From: Candidatus Poribacteria bacterium
GTDB taxonomy: Bacteria; Poribacteria; WGA-4E; GCA-2687025
DNA length: 64,000 nt
Reading direction: 5' to 3'
Assembly (NCBI GenBank): GCA_963665845.2
Contig: OY762492.1
Span: 3,840,001 to 3,904,000, forward strand
The position numbers were made by a program, and so were the translations under genes. The notes under the pieces are model-generated. The model saw only the letters and a list, made by a program, of their open reading frames with translations. It was not told the origin of the DNA and searched no databases. Positions 46,087 to 55,913 of the stretch are shown here, piece after piece (position 1 is the first letter of the stretch; each line of letters starts with the position of its first letter).

Positions 46087-46749
46087 ATGAAACATACGCA
46101 TCTTGGCTGGTTTGCTGGGATTCTAGGTCTGCTCTGCTTCGTCTCGTTTTCGGCCGCCGAGGAGGCGCTCATCGTCGTGGATGACGAGGCGAGCGTCAAT
46201 GCGCTGCTGCCAAACCTGACGAACGGACAGGGAATCGCAAAGCTGGAAAAGAACGACGTCTATGAAGACGACGCGGACGGCAAAGCCGCGCTGATCATCG
46301 AAGTCGTCGGCGGCGACGGACAAAAGTTCAATCCCAACATACCCGGCTGGCAGTACAGCATTGTTCAAAAACCGAGCAAGGCAAACGAGATCCGCTATGT
46401 CACCTTCGCGTGGAAAAAAGACGGCGGAAGAGGCATCCAGCTGCAATTGCATCGCAATCCCGGCGGATGGGGATACCGCTACCATGGCGGCGCCCTCGTT
46501 CATAACTGGGTTCCATCCCTTTCGGTCAATCCGAAGATACCGGACGAGTGGGAGATTCATACGCGGGACATGTTTGAGGACTGGGGCGCCTTCGGTATGA
46601 GCGGCATCGCTTTCACCGCATGGGACGGATCGCATGCCATCTTTGACCATGTCGTGTTCCATCAGGAAGAGGACGACCCGCTCGCCGATCTATCGGTCGA
46701 TCCGAGAGAGAAAGCGGCGGCCGTCTGGGCGGAGCTGAAGACTCGATAA
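46087..46749 (+). CDS. Secreted paralog with VDPREKAAAVWAELK C-terminus
   Basis: GGAGG RBS; signal peptide; shares GGDGQKFNPNIPGW and FAWKKDGGRGIQLQ...WGYRYH. Confidence 0.85.
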   Translation: MKHTHLGWFAGILGLLCFVSFSAAEEALIVVDDEASVNALLPNLTNGQGIAKLEKNDVYEDDADGKAALIIEVVGGDGQKFNPNIPGWQYSIVQKPSKANEIRYVTFAWKKDGGRGIQLQLHRNPGGWGYRYHGGALVHNWVPSLSVNPKIPDEWEIHTRDMFEDWGAFGMSGIAFTAWDGSHAIFDHVVFHQEEDDPLADLSVDPREKAAAVWAELKTR

Positions 46750-46758
46750 ACTTCAACC

Positions 46759-46791
46759 GAGAGCGGGCAGCTTTGACGGCAGCCCGCTCTC
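46759..46791 (+). terminator. Stem-loop, probable terminator
   Basis: GAGAGCGGGC...GCCCGCTCTC 10-bp perfect stem after stop codon. Confidence 0.65.
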
Positions 46792-46865
46792 TTAACCTAA
46801 CCTTATTGAAACAAAAGCAAGCAGCAATATTAAAAGCAAAAAGCAGTTAGAACGGAGCATGTACG

Positions 46866-49800
46866 ATGTCATGCGTTGATCATTTGTTTTGGAAACGCCG
46901 TTTAGGTACCGCCCTTGCCGCCGCCGCGATCCTCTCAACCGCCGTTATGGGCTGGGCGCAGGAGTCGGCAAACGAAGCGCCCGATTTTAACAACGTCATT
47001 CGACCGATCCTCTCCGAAAACTGCTTTGTCTGCCATGGTCCGGATGAAACGCAGCGCAAGGCGAATCTGCGTCTCGACCTGAAAGCAGATGTGTTCTCCG
47101 ACGCGCGCGGCTACTCGATTGTGACGCCGGGCAAGCCGGACGAAAGCCCGCTTTACACGCGCATCGCCGAAGAAAACGAACATTACCGCATGCCGCCCAT
47201 CGCCTCCGGGAAAAAGCTGGAGCCTGAGCAGATTGAAGCGATACGCCGATGGATCGAAGCGGGCGCCGAATGGAAAGAGCATTGGGCGTTCATTCCGCCG
47301 ACGCGCCCCGAACCGCCCGCGGACCTGGGCGACGCGCGCCTTTACAACGCCATTGACGCCTTCATTCAGAAGCGGCTTCAAAAAGAGGGTTTGAGCATGT
47401 CGCCCGAAGCGGATCGGCGCGTTCTGGCGCGGCGCGTCTCGCTTGACCTGACAGGGCTGCCGCCTTCTATTGAGGAGGTGGAGACGTTTCTCGCCGACGA
47501 AAACGCCGACGCTTACGACCGCTATGTGTCGCGGCTCATGGCGAAGCCGGCATACGGCGAACATATGGCGCGCTACTGGCTGGACGCGGCGCGCTACGCC
47601 GACACGCACGGCTTGCATCTCGACAACTACCGCGAAATGTGGCCCTACCGCGACTGGGTCATCAACGCCTTCAACGCGAACATGCCGTTTGACCAGTTCA
47701 CCATCGAACAGCTGGCGGGCGACCTCCTGCCGGAGCCGACGCTGCAGCAGCAGATTGCGACCGGCTTCAACCGCTGCAACGTGACAACCAGCGAGGGCGG
47801 CTCCATCAACGACGAGGTTTATGTGCGCTACGCGGTTGACCGCGCCGGCGCCGCTTCGACCGTCTGGATGGGTCTTACGGTCGGATGCGCGCAGTGCCAT
47901 GACCATAAATACGATCCGATTTCCCAGAAAGAGTTTTATCAGCTGTTCGCTTATTTCAACAACGTCGCCGAGCCGGCGATGGACGGAAACCGAAAAGACA
48001 CCCCGCCCATTGTGAAGGTGCCGACGGCGGATCAGGACGCGCGGCTCGCCCAGCTGACCGAGCAGATCCAAACGTTCGCGGCGCGTATCAAGGATGAGGC
48101 GGTTCCTGAAGTGGACGCGGCGCAGGCGGAATGGGAGGCGCGTCAAGCGCGCTGGACGCCGCTGCGCCCGCATGCGTTCACCTCTCAAGGCAAGGCGGCG
48201 CTGAAGCTGCTGGACGACCATTCGCTGCTCGCAAGCGGCGAGAACCCCGATAAAGAGGTATACGAAGTCGCCGCCGAAATGCCCGCGGGGAGCTTTCACG
48301 CGATACGTCTAGAGGCGATTCCTGACCCGTCGCTGCCGAAGAAAACCTCCGGCAGAAGCGACAACGGCAACAGCGTTCTGACCGGATTTGAGGCGGAGAT
48401 TGCGACAGCTGAAAAGCCGGACGAATGGAAGCGCATCGCCTTTTCGGAGGCATGGGCGGATTATGAGCAGGCGCGCGAGTTTGCTGTAGTCAACGCCGTT
48501 GACGGCAAGCCTGAAACGGGCTGGGGGCTTTCAGGCCGGCAGAGCCGCAATGTCCATGCCGTTTTCCTTGCCGACAAGCCGTTTTCGGTCAGCGCGGGGC
48601 GCATCCGTTTTCGGCTGAAGTATGAATCGCCGCATGCGAAGCATCAGCATGGGCGGTTCCGCCTCTCGGTCACCGACGCGCCGTTTTTGGAGCCTGTCGG
48701 TTCCTACGCCGTGTTTGAGGATTGGCATCTGATCGGCCCGTTTGAAGCGGAGAATGCAAGCGCCGCGCTGCGCCGCGCCTTCGCCCTTGAAAACGAAAAC
48801 GTGAACCTCGGCAAAAATTACAAGGTGAACGGCAAAGATTACAAGTGGCAAAAAAAGGCGGAATGGGAACATGAGCTGACCGCCGCCGCGTCAGAAAAGC
48901 CCGCCGTCTCCTACTTCTACCGCAACATCCGTTCGGACGCGAGCCAGCGCGCCGTGATTCAACTGGAAACGGACGGGCATTTCAAGGTTTTCCTGAACCG
49001 CGAGGAGCTGTATGAGTCGCCGTTCGGCTCCGTGTCAACGGCGTCCGTTCACCGATTCCAATTGCCGCTGCGTCCTGGGAACAATCAGCTGGTCGTCAAA
49101 CATCTCCATACGAACGCGGACGCGGTCGTCAAGATCGAGGCGGCGACCGAGGAGCCGATCGTCCCCGCCGAGATTGTGGACGCCATCGCGGTCGCGTCCG
49201 CGGAACGGGACGAGGCGGCGGCGCAGAAAATACAGCGCCACTACCGCGAATTCATCACTAAGGATGAGCAGGTGCGCGGCTGGTTCGCGCAGAGCGCCGA
49301 CCTTCAAAAACAGAAAACGGACCTAGAGAACGGCTTTGCGACGACGCTTGTCATGCGCGAATTGGAGAAACCGCGCGGCGCCTATGTGCTGGAACGCGGC
49401 GCCTACGACAAGCGCGGCGAAGAGGTGCAGCCGAACACCCCCGCCGTACTTCCGCCGCTGCCGGACGGCTCCCCGCCGAACCGCATGGGGTTCGCGCAGT
49501 GGCTCATGGATCCAGGGCATCCGCTGACGGCGCGCGTCACGGTGAACCGCATGTGGCAGCAGGTGTTCGGAACCGGCATCGCGCGGACAGCGGAAGATTT
49601 TGGCAGCCAAGGCGAACCGCCGACCCATCCTGAACTGCTTGACTGGCTCGCCATCGAGTTCATCGAATCGGGATGGGATGTGCAGCATATGATGCGGCTG
49701 ATTGTGTCGTCGGCGGCGTATCGTCAAAGCTCGCAGGCGACGCCGGAACTGCTGGCGGCCGACCCTGAAAACAGGCTTTACGCGCGCGGTCCCCGCTTCC

Positions 49801-50441
49801 GTCTGGACGCCGAGACGATACGGGATCAGGCGCTGGCGTTGAGCGGTCTTCTCCATGAACAGCTGGGCGGTCCGAGCGTCAAACCGCCGCAGCCTGCAGG
49901 TCTCTGGAAGGCGGTCGGGTATGTCGGCTCCAACACGGATACGTTTGTCGCCGACAAGGATCCAAGCCAGATCTACAGGCGAAGCCTGTACACGTTCTGG
50001 AAACGCACCGCGCCGCCGCCGCAGATGAACCTGTTCGACGCGCCGTCGCGGGAGGAGTGCGTCGTCCGGCGGGAGCGCACCAACACGCCGATGCAGGCGC
50101 TCGCGTTGATGAACGACGCGCAGTATTTCACCGCGGCGAAGGCGTTTGCGGCGCGTATGATGAACGGAAACGAGGCGAACAGCGACGCCGAACGTCTGCG
50201 GCGCGGGTTCTTGACGGCTGCAGCCCGTCCGCCGTCTGAACAGGAGGCGGCGATCCTGCTGGAGACGCTGGAGGCGCAGCGGGTCGAGTTTCAAGCGGAC
50301 ATCGAATCTGCCGCCAAGATTGTCGGACCCATCCCGGAAGGCGAGGCGCAAATGTCAGACGAAGAGCAAGTTGAGCTTGCCGCGTGGACGATGCTCGCCA
50401 ACCTGATCATGAACCTGGACGAGATTTTAAACAAAGGATAA
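46866..50441 (+). CDS. Planctomycete-type cytochrome c protein with DUF1549 (PSCyt2) and DUF1553 (PSD1) domains
   Basis: IRPILSENCFVCHGPD, LDLTGLPP, WLDAARYADT, CAQCHDHKYDP, PLTARVTVNRMW, PTHPELLDWLA, RRSLY, TNTPMQAL. Confidence 0.93.
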   Translation: MSCVDHLFWKRRLGTALAAAAILSTAVMGWAQESANEAPDFNNVIRPILSENCFVCHGPDETQRKANLRLDLKADVFSDARGYSIVTPGKPDESPLYTRIAEENEHYRMPPIASGKKLEPEQIEAIRRWIEAGAEWKEHWAFIPPTRPEPPADLGDARLYNAIDAFIQKRLQKEGLSMSPEADRRVLARRVSLDLTGLPPSIEEVETFLADENADAYDRYVSRLMAKPAYGEHMARYWLDAARYADTHGLHLDNYREMWPYRDWVINAFNANMPFDQFTIEQLAGDLLPEPTLQQQIATGFNRCNVTTSEGGSINDEVYVRYAVDRAGAASTVWMGLTVGCAQCHDHKYDPISQKEFYQLFAYFNNVAEPAMDGNRKDTPPIVKVPTADQDARLAQLTEQIQTFAARIKDEAVPEVDAAQAEWEARQARWTPLRPHAFTSQGKAALKLLDDHSLLASGENPDKEVYEVAAEMPAGSFHAIRLEAIPDPSLPKKTSGRSDNGNSVLTGFEAEIATAEKPDEWKRIAFSEAWADYEQAREFAVVNAVDGKPETGWGLSGRQSRNVHAVFLADKPFSVSAGRIRFRLKYESPHAKHQHGRFRLSVTDAPFLEPVGSYAVFEDWHLIGPFEAENASAALRRAFALENENVNLGKNYKVNGKDYKWQKKAEWEHELTAAASEKPAVSYFYRNIRSDASQRAVIQLETDGHFKVFLNREELYESPFGSVSTASVHRFQLPLRPGNNQLVVKHLHTNADAVVKIEAATEEPIVPAEIVDAIAVASAERDEAAAQKIQRHYREFITKDEQVRGWFAQSADLQKQKTDLENGFATTLVMRELEKPRGAYVLERGAYDKRGEEVQPNTPAVLPPLPDGSPPNRMGFAQWLMDPGHPLTARVTVNRMWQQVFGTGIARTAEDFGSQGEPPTHPELLDWLAIEFIESGWDVQHMMRLIVSSAAYRQSSQATPELLAADPENRLYARGPRFRLDAETIRDQALALSGLLHEQLGGPSVKPPQPAGLWKAVGYVGSNTDTFVADKDPSQIYRRSLYTFWKRTAPPPQMNLFDAPSREECVVRRERTNTPMQALALMNDAQYFTAAKAFAARMMNGNEANSDAERLRRGFLTAAARPPSEQEAAILLETLEAQRVEFQADIESAAKIVGPIPEGEAQMSDEEQVELAAWTMLANLIMNLDEILNKG

Positions 50442-50445
50442 GAGA

Positions 50446-53166
50446 ATGAACGCGATCAAAACGCCCCAATGGACGACTCGAAACCGCAAAGGGATTCGTA
50501 TGAAAAAGACCGCCTCTCTGCTTCGCATGTTCGCGTTGGCCGTCTGCCTCCACGCCGTTCTTCTGACGGGCGCCGCCGCTCAAGTCGGCGATGGACCCAG
50601 CGTCGGATCGGTCAGTGACGACTACACCTTTGAAACGATCGATGTTCCGGGCGTGGATTTCTTGTCGCTGACAGCGAGCAGCGATTTTGAAGATTACGCC
50701 GGCTACACGCTCAACGCGGACGGCAAAGAGGTCGGGTTCACGCTCATCAAGGGCGTCTTCAAGACATACGATTTCCCCGGCTCGAAGAAAACCCGTTTCT
50801 TTGCGTTCGGCAACAACGGAAACGCCGCCGGCTACTACGAGGACAGCGAAGGCCGTCACCGCGGCGTCGTCTTGGAGAACGGCGAGATGCGGACATACGA
50901 TTTTCCAAATTCCGTTGAAACGGAGATATACGGCATCAGCGACGCGACGGGGGTTATGACCGGCAACTGGACAGACGCTTCCGGCGTTCGCCGCGGATTT
51001 ACAGGGGACACGGTCCTTGAGTTCCCTGGGGCGACAGCGACATTCGTCGATTTTGTCAATTCTGAAGGCAATTTGTTCGCCAGCTACATAGACACGGACG
51101 GGGTGTTTCAAGAATTCGCATACTCCTCTGACGGCAGGTATATTGCGTTCGATCTCGCAAACGCAGAAAACCTCGAATTCTTTTATGTGCATGGCTATAA
51201 CGATGCAAAAGTAAGGGTCGCGCGGGGCAAAGCGTTCGGCGATGTCGTACGCACTTACATTGGCACCTTTGTGGACGGTCTGCGCGAATTGAAGGTTCCG
51301 GACAGCGTCAGCACGGAGGGCTGGAACATCAATCAGGACGGCTCTGTTGTCGGGTACTACGACACAGCAGATGGACGCCGACACGGGTTTAATGCCAAAC
51401 CCGTTGAAGCCGTTGATGAGCCTGTTTTTCAAGCCGACGGCTTCAACTACACTTATGAGAATATTGATGTCCCGGGCGTCGATTATTTAGCGTTGACCGC
51501 AAGCAGCGACTTTGGGGATTACGCCGGCTACACGAAAAACGCCGACGGAAAAGAGGTTGCCTTCACGCTCATCAACGGCGTCTTCAAAACGTACGATTTT
51601 CCCGGTTCGCGGAACACGTATTTCTACGCCCTCGGCAATAACGGCGACGCCGCCGGATACTACGAGGACAGCGAGGGCCGCCACCGCGGCATCGTCTTAG
51701 AGAACGGCCAACTGCGCCCATACGATTTTCCTGGCTCCGTTGAAACAGAAATATTCGGCATTTCGGACGCGACGGGAAATCTGACGGGAAATTGGACAGA
51801 CGCTTCCGGCATTCGGCGCGGATTCACAGGGGACCTCGTCGTTGAGTACCCGGGAGCAGTGGAAACATTCGCCGACTTCATCAATTCGTCGGGCGGCATG
51901 GTCGGCAGCTACGTAGATGAGAACGGCGCCTACACGCCGTACCTACGCGCTGCGGACGGCAGGTTTGTATCGTTCACCCTTCCAACCGATGAAACGTATG
52001 AATTCTTTTTTGTGCATGGTCAAACCGACACAAAGATTTCCGTTGCGCGAGGCAAAGTGGTCGGCGAGGTTCCCCGAACCTATGTCGGTTCATTCCTTGG
52101 CGGGCTTCATGAATTGAAAGTTCCGGGCAGCGTTTCAACGGAGGGCTACAATATCAATCAGGACGCTTCGGTCGTCGGAAATTATCTTTCAGCGGACGGA
52201 CGCCGGCACGGCTTTATTGCCAGACTCGATACCGAGGAAGTGAGCGGCGCTTTCAGCAACGCCTACACCGTCACATTGACAAAAGGTCTCAACATGATCT
52301 CGGTACCGCTGAAGCCGTCAACGCCCATGAACGCAAAGGCGCTCGCAGGGCTGGCAGGGTCGACAACCGTCATCAAACTGGACGAGGCGAAACAGCGTTT
52401 CGTCGGATGGACGCCTGCAGCCCCGAACGGCGGCTTCGACATCGAAGGCGGCAAGGGGTATATCGTCAATGTGCCGACAGCGCGCCGCTTTGCCTTCGTC
52501 GGCGCGGCATGGACAGACCCTGCCGACACAGCCCAGGGCGCGCCGCCCCTCTTCACAGAGACGCCCCAGGAAACATGGGCGTTCGTTGTGAGCGGGCATC
52601 TGAAAGGCAAGCGCGCGTCGGACGGGTATCAGGTCATCGTCCGCAACCGCAGAACGAACGAAACGATCACGGCGCCTGTGCTGGACGGTTACTTTGCCGC
52701 GGCGACAGCCGACCTGTCCCGCCGAAGCGTTGTGGAAGCTGGAGACGCGATGGAGCTGCGCGTCGTCGGTCCGGACGGCAATATCGAATCGCAAACCTTC
52801 CGCTTTGACGTGACTTCAGAGCATCTTGCCAACGCGGTTCTGTCGGTCAGGCTGTATGGAATCGGCATGCCTTCGCAAAGTCGGCTGCTGCAGAATTACC
52901 CGAACCCGTTCAACCCAGAAACCTGGATTCCGTATCAGCTCGCCGAAGACAGCGAGGTCTCGATTGAGATTTACGATGCATCGGGCAGGCTGATTCGCTC
53001 CCTCTCGCTCGGCTATCAGTCCGCGGGCTTTTACAACAGCCGCGGCAGAGCCGCTTACTGGGACGGACGCAACGCGGTCGGAGAGCAGGTTGCCAGCGGC
53101 GTCTATTTTTACCAGCTGAAAACGCCCACATTCCGCCAAACGCGGCGGCTTCTGATTTTGAAATGA
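50446..53166 (+). CDS. Array copy 1: secreted protein, 2 repeat modules + constant C-terminal region with FlgD-Ig/T9SS-A-like domain
   Basis: YTFETIDVPG...NINQDGSVVG...RHGF x2; GLNMISVPL; YPNPFNPETWIP...LILK. Confidence 0.9.
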   Translation: MNAIKTPQWTTRNRKGIRMKKTASLLRMFALAVCLHAVLLTGAAAQVGDGPSVGSVSDDYTFETIDVPGVDFLSLTASSDFEDYAGYTLNADGKEVGFTLIKGVFKTYDFPGSKKTRFFAFGNNGNAAGYYEDSEGRHRGVVLENGEMRTYDFPNSVETEIYGISDATGVMTGNWTDASGVRRGFTGDTVLEFPGATATFVDFVNSEGNLFASYIDTDGVFQEFAYSSDGRYIAFDLANAENLEFFYVHGYNDAKVRVARGKAFGDVVRTYIGTFVDGLRELKVPDSVSTEGWNINQDGSVVGYYDTADGRRHGFNAKPVEAVDEPVFQADGFNYTYENIDVPGVDYLALTASSDFGDYAGYTKNADGKEVAFTLINGVFKTYDFPGSRNTYFYALGNNGDAAGYYEDSEGRHRGIVLENGQLRPYDFPGSVETEIFGISDATGNLTGNWTDASGIRRGFTGDLVVEYPGAVETFADFINSSGGMVGSYVDENGAYTPYLRAADGRFVSFTLPTDETYEFFFVHGQTDTKISVARGKVVGEVPRTYVGSFLGGLHELKVPGSVSTEGYNINQDASVVGNYLSADGRRHGFIARLDTEEVSGAFSNAYTVTLTKGLNMISVPLKPSTPMNAKALAGLAGSTTVIKLDEAKQRFVGWTPAAPNGGFDIEGGKGYIVNVPTARRFAFVGAAWTDPADTAQGAPPLFTETPQETWAFVVSGHLKGKRASDGYQVIVRNRRTNETITAPVLDGYFAAATADLSRRSVVEAGDAMELRVVGPDGNIESQTFRFDVTSEHLANAVLSVRLYGIGMPSQSRLLQNYPNPFNPETWIPYQLAEDSEVSIEIYDASGRLIRSLSLGYQSAGFYNSRGRAAYWDGRNAVGEQVASGVYFYQLKTPTFRQTRRLLILK

Positions 53167-53191
53167 AAACTGAATGGCGAAAGGCAAACGC

Positions 53192-55888
53192 ATGAACTTG
53201 ATCAAAACGCGCCGCCAATGGACGACTCGAAACCGCAAAGGGATTCGCATGAAAAAGACCGCCTCTCTGCTTCACATGTTCGCGCTTCTCGTCTGCTCCA
53301 GCTTCGTTCTTCTGACAGGCGCCTCCGCGCAAGAAAACGCCGGCGACAACTACACCTTTGAGACAATCGACGTTCCGGGCGTCGATTTCTTGTCCCTGAC
53401 CGCAAGCAGCGACTTTGAAGATTACGCCGGTTACACGCTCAACGCAGACGGCAAAGAGGTCGCTTTCACGCTCATTGACGGCGTCTTCGAAACGTACGAT
53501 TTCCCCGGCTCGCAGAAAACCCGTTTCTATGCCTTCGGCAATGACGGCCGCGCCGCGGGATACTACGAGGATGGCGAGGGGCTGTCCCGCGGCATCGTCT
53601 TAGAAAACGGCGAACTGCGGCAATACGATTTTCCAAACTCGGTCCAGACGGAGATCTACGGCATCAGCGATGCAACGGGGGTATTGACAGGGAATTTTAT
53701 AGACGCTTCAGGCGTTCGCCGCGGGTTCTCAGGCAACACAATCATTGAAGTCCCCGAGGCATTGGAAACATATGCCGAATTTGTGATAGGGAGCTATGTC
53801 CTCGGCAGCTACATAGACGCTGCAGGCGTATACCGTGGATACACGTTTGCGCCAGATGGTCGTTTTTCATTTCTCGACCTTCCGGATGCGGCAACTTTGG
53901 ACTACTTCTTTGTGCATGGCGCAAACGCCTCTAGGATTGCCGTTATCACCGCCAAAGCCGTAGGGGATGTCCCACGCACCTACGTCGGCACATTCTACAA
54001 TTTGCAGGAGTTGCAGTTTCCGGGCAGCGCGATCACCCAAGGCTACAATATCAATCGGGACGGTTCCGTTGTCGGACACTACGATTCAGCGGACGGCAAA
54101 CGGCATGGCTTCATCGCCAAGCCCATTGATGGCGACGAGCCGCCCGTTTCCATACCCTCCGAATTTCACTACGTTTTTGAGAGCATTGATGTTCCCGGCG
54201 TGGAGTATCTGGAGTTGACTGCAAGCAGCGACTTTGGCGATTACGCCGGCAATACGAAAAGCGCCGATGGCAAAAAGACGGTCGCCTTCACTCTCATCAA
54301 TGGCGTTTTTAAGACCCACGATGTTCCCGGTTCGCAGAACACGTATTTCTACGCCCTCGGCAATAACGGCGATGCTGCCGGGCATTACGAGGACAGCGAG
54401 GGGCTTCACCGCGGCATCGTCTTAAAAAACGGCGAACTGCGCCCATACGATTTTCCTGGCTCCGTTGAAACAGAGATATACGGCATTTCGGATGCGACGG
54501 GAAATCTGACGGGCAACTGGACAGACGCTGACGGCGTCCGCCGCGGATTCACAGGGGACATCGTCGTTGAAGTCCCCGGAGCATTGGAAACGTATACCGA
54601 TTTTGTGAACGCAGAGGGGAGTATGGTCGGCAGTTATGTAGACGCTGAAGGCGCCTACCATGCATATCTGCGCGCCCCGGACAGCAGGTTTGGTTCGCTC
54701 ACACTTTCAGGCGCGCCTACGCTGGAATACTTTTTTGTGCATGGCGTCACCGATACAAGGATTGCCGTTGCCCGCGCTAAAGCCGTGGGGGATGTCCCGC
54801 GCACCTACGTCGGCACCATCTATGAAATGTATGAGCTGCGGTTCCCGGGCAGCGTCAGCACGGAGGGGTACAATATCAATCAGGACGGCTCCGTCGTCGG
54901 CAACTATGCTTCAGCGGACGGGCGCAGGCACGGGTTCATCGCCAGACCTGCCGACGAGGAGGTGAGCGATCGTTTTGGCAACGCCTACACCGTCACATTG
55001 ACAAAAGGTCTCAACATGATCTCGGTTCCGTTGAAACCGTCAACGCCCATGAACGCAAAGGCGCTCGCCGGGCTGGCAGGATCGACAACCGTCATCAAAC
55101 TGGACGAGGCGAAGCAGCGTTTCGTCGGATGGACGCCTGCAGCCCCGAACGGCGGCTTCGACATCGAAGGCGGCAAGGGGTATATCGTCAATGTGCCGAC
55201 AGCGCGCCATTTTGCCTTCGTCGGCGCGGCATGGACAGACCCTGTCGAGACAGCCCAGGGCGCGCCGCCCCTCTTCACAGAGACGCCCCAAGAAACATGG
55301 GCGTTCGTTGTGAGCGGGCATCTGAAAGGCAAGCGCGCGTCGGACGGGTATCAGGTCATCGTCCGCAACCGCAGAACGAACGAAACGATCGCGGCGCCTG
55401 TGCAGGACGGTTACTTCGCCGCCGCGACGGCTGATCTGTCCCGCCGAAGCGTTGTTGAAATCGGCGACTCGATGGAGCTGCGCGTCGTCGGTCCGGACGG
55501 CAATATCGAATCGCAAACCTTCCGCTTTGACGTGACTTCAGAGCATCTTGCCAACGCGGTTCTGTCGGTCAGGCTGTATGGAATCGGCATGCCTTCGCAA
55601 AGTCGGCTGCTGCAGAATTATCCGAACCCGTTCAACCCTGAAACGTGGATTCCGTACCAGCTCGCCGAGGACAGCGAGGTCTCGATTGCGATCTACGACG
55701 CTTCAGGCAGGCTGATTCGCTCCCTCTCGCTCGGCTATCAGTCCGCGGGCTTTTACAACAGCCGCGGCAGAGCCGCTTACTGGGACGGACGCAACGCGGT
55801 CGGAGAGCAGGTTGCCAGCGGCGTCTACTTTTACCAGCTGAAGACGCCCACATTCCGCCAAACGCGGCGGCTTCTGATTTTGAAATGA
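53192..55888 (+). CDS. Array copy 2 (2 modules)
   Basis: Same architecture; start placed at MNLIKT. Confidence 0.9.
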   Translation: MNLIKTRRQWTTRNRKGIRMKKTASLLHMFALLVCSSFVLLTGASAQENAGDNYTFETIDVPGVDFLSLTASSDFEDYAGYTLNADGKEVAFTLIDGVFETYDFPGSQKTRFYAFGNDGRAAGYYEDGEGLSRGIVLENGELRQYDFPNSVQTEIYGISDATGVLTGNFIDASGVRRGFSGNTIIEVPEALETYAEFVIGSYVLGSYIDAAGVYRGYTFAPDGRFSFLDLPDAATLDYFFVHGANASRIAVITAKAVGDVPRTYVGTFYNLQELQFPGSAITQGYNINRDGSVVGHYDSADGKRHGFIAKPIDGDEPPVSIPSEFHYVFESIDVPGVEYLELTASSDFGDYAGNTKSADGKKTVAFTLINGVFKTHDVPGSQNTYFYALGNNGDAAGHYEDSEGLHRGIVLKNGELRPYDFPGSVETEIYGISDATGNLTGNWTDADGVRRGFTGDIVVEVPGALETYTDFVNAEGSMVGSYVDAEGAYHAYLRAPDSRFGSLTLSGAPTLEYFFVHGVTDTRIAVARAKAVGDVPRTYVGTIYEMYELRFPGSVSTEGYNINQDGSVVGNYASADGRRHGFIARPADEEVSDRFGNAYTVTLTKGLNMISVPLKPSTPMNAKALAGLAGSTTVIKLDEAKQRFVGWTPAAPNGGFDIEGGKGYIVNVPTARHFAFVGAAWTDPVETAQGAPPLFTETPQETWAFVVSGHLKGKRASDGYQVIVRNRRTNETIAAPVQDGYFAAATADLSRRSVVEIGDSMELRVVGPDGNIESQTFRFDVTSEHLANAVLSVRLYGIGMPSQSRLLQNYPNPFNPETWIPYQLAEDSEVSIAIYDASGRLIRSLSLGYQSAGFYNSRGRAAYWDGRNAVGEQVASGVYFYQLKTPTFRQTRRLLILK

Positions 55889-55913
55889 AAACTGAATGGC
55901 GAAAGGCAAACGC

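Noticed and set aside
53174-53250. c-di-GMP-I riboswitch suggested by GGCAAAC...CGCAAAG in the repeated leader
   Set aside because: Spacing and stems do not fit; region is in-frame coding and is deleted in-frame in copy 5
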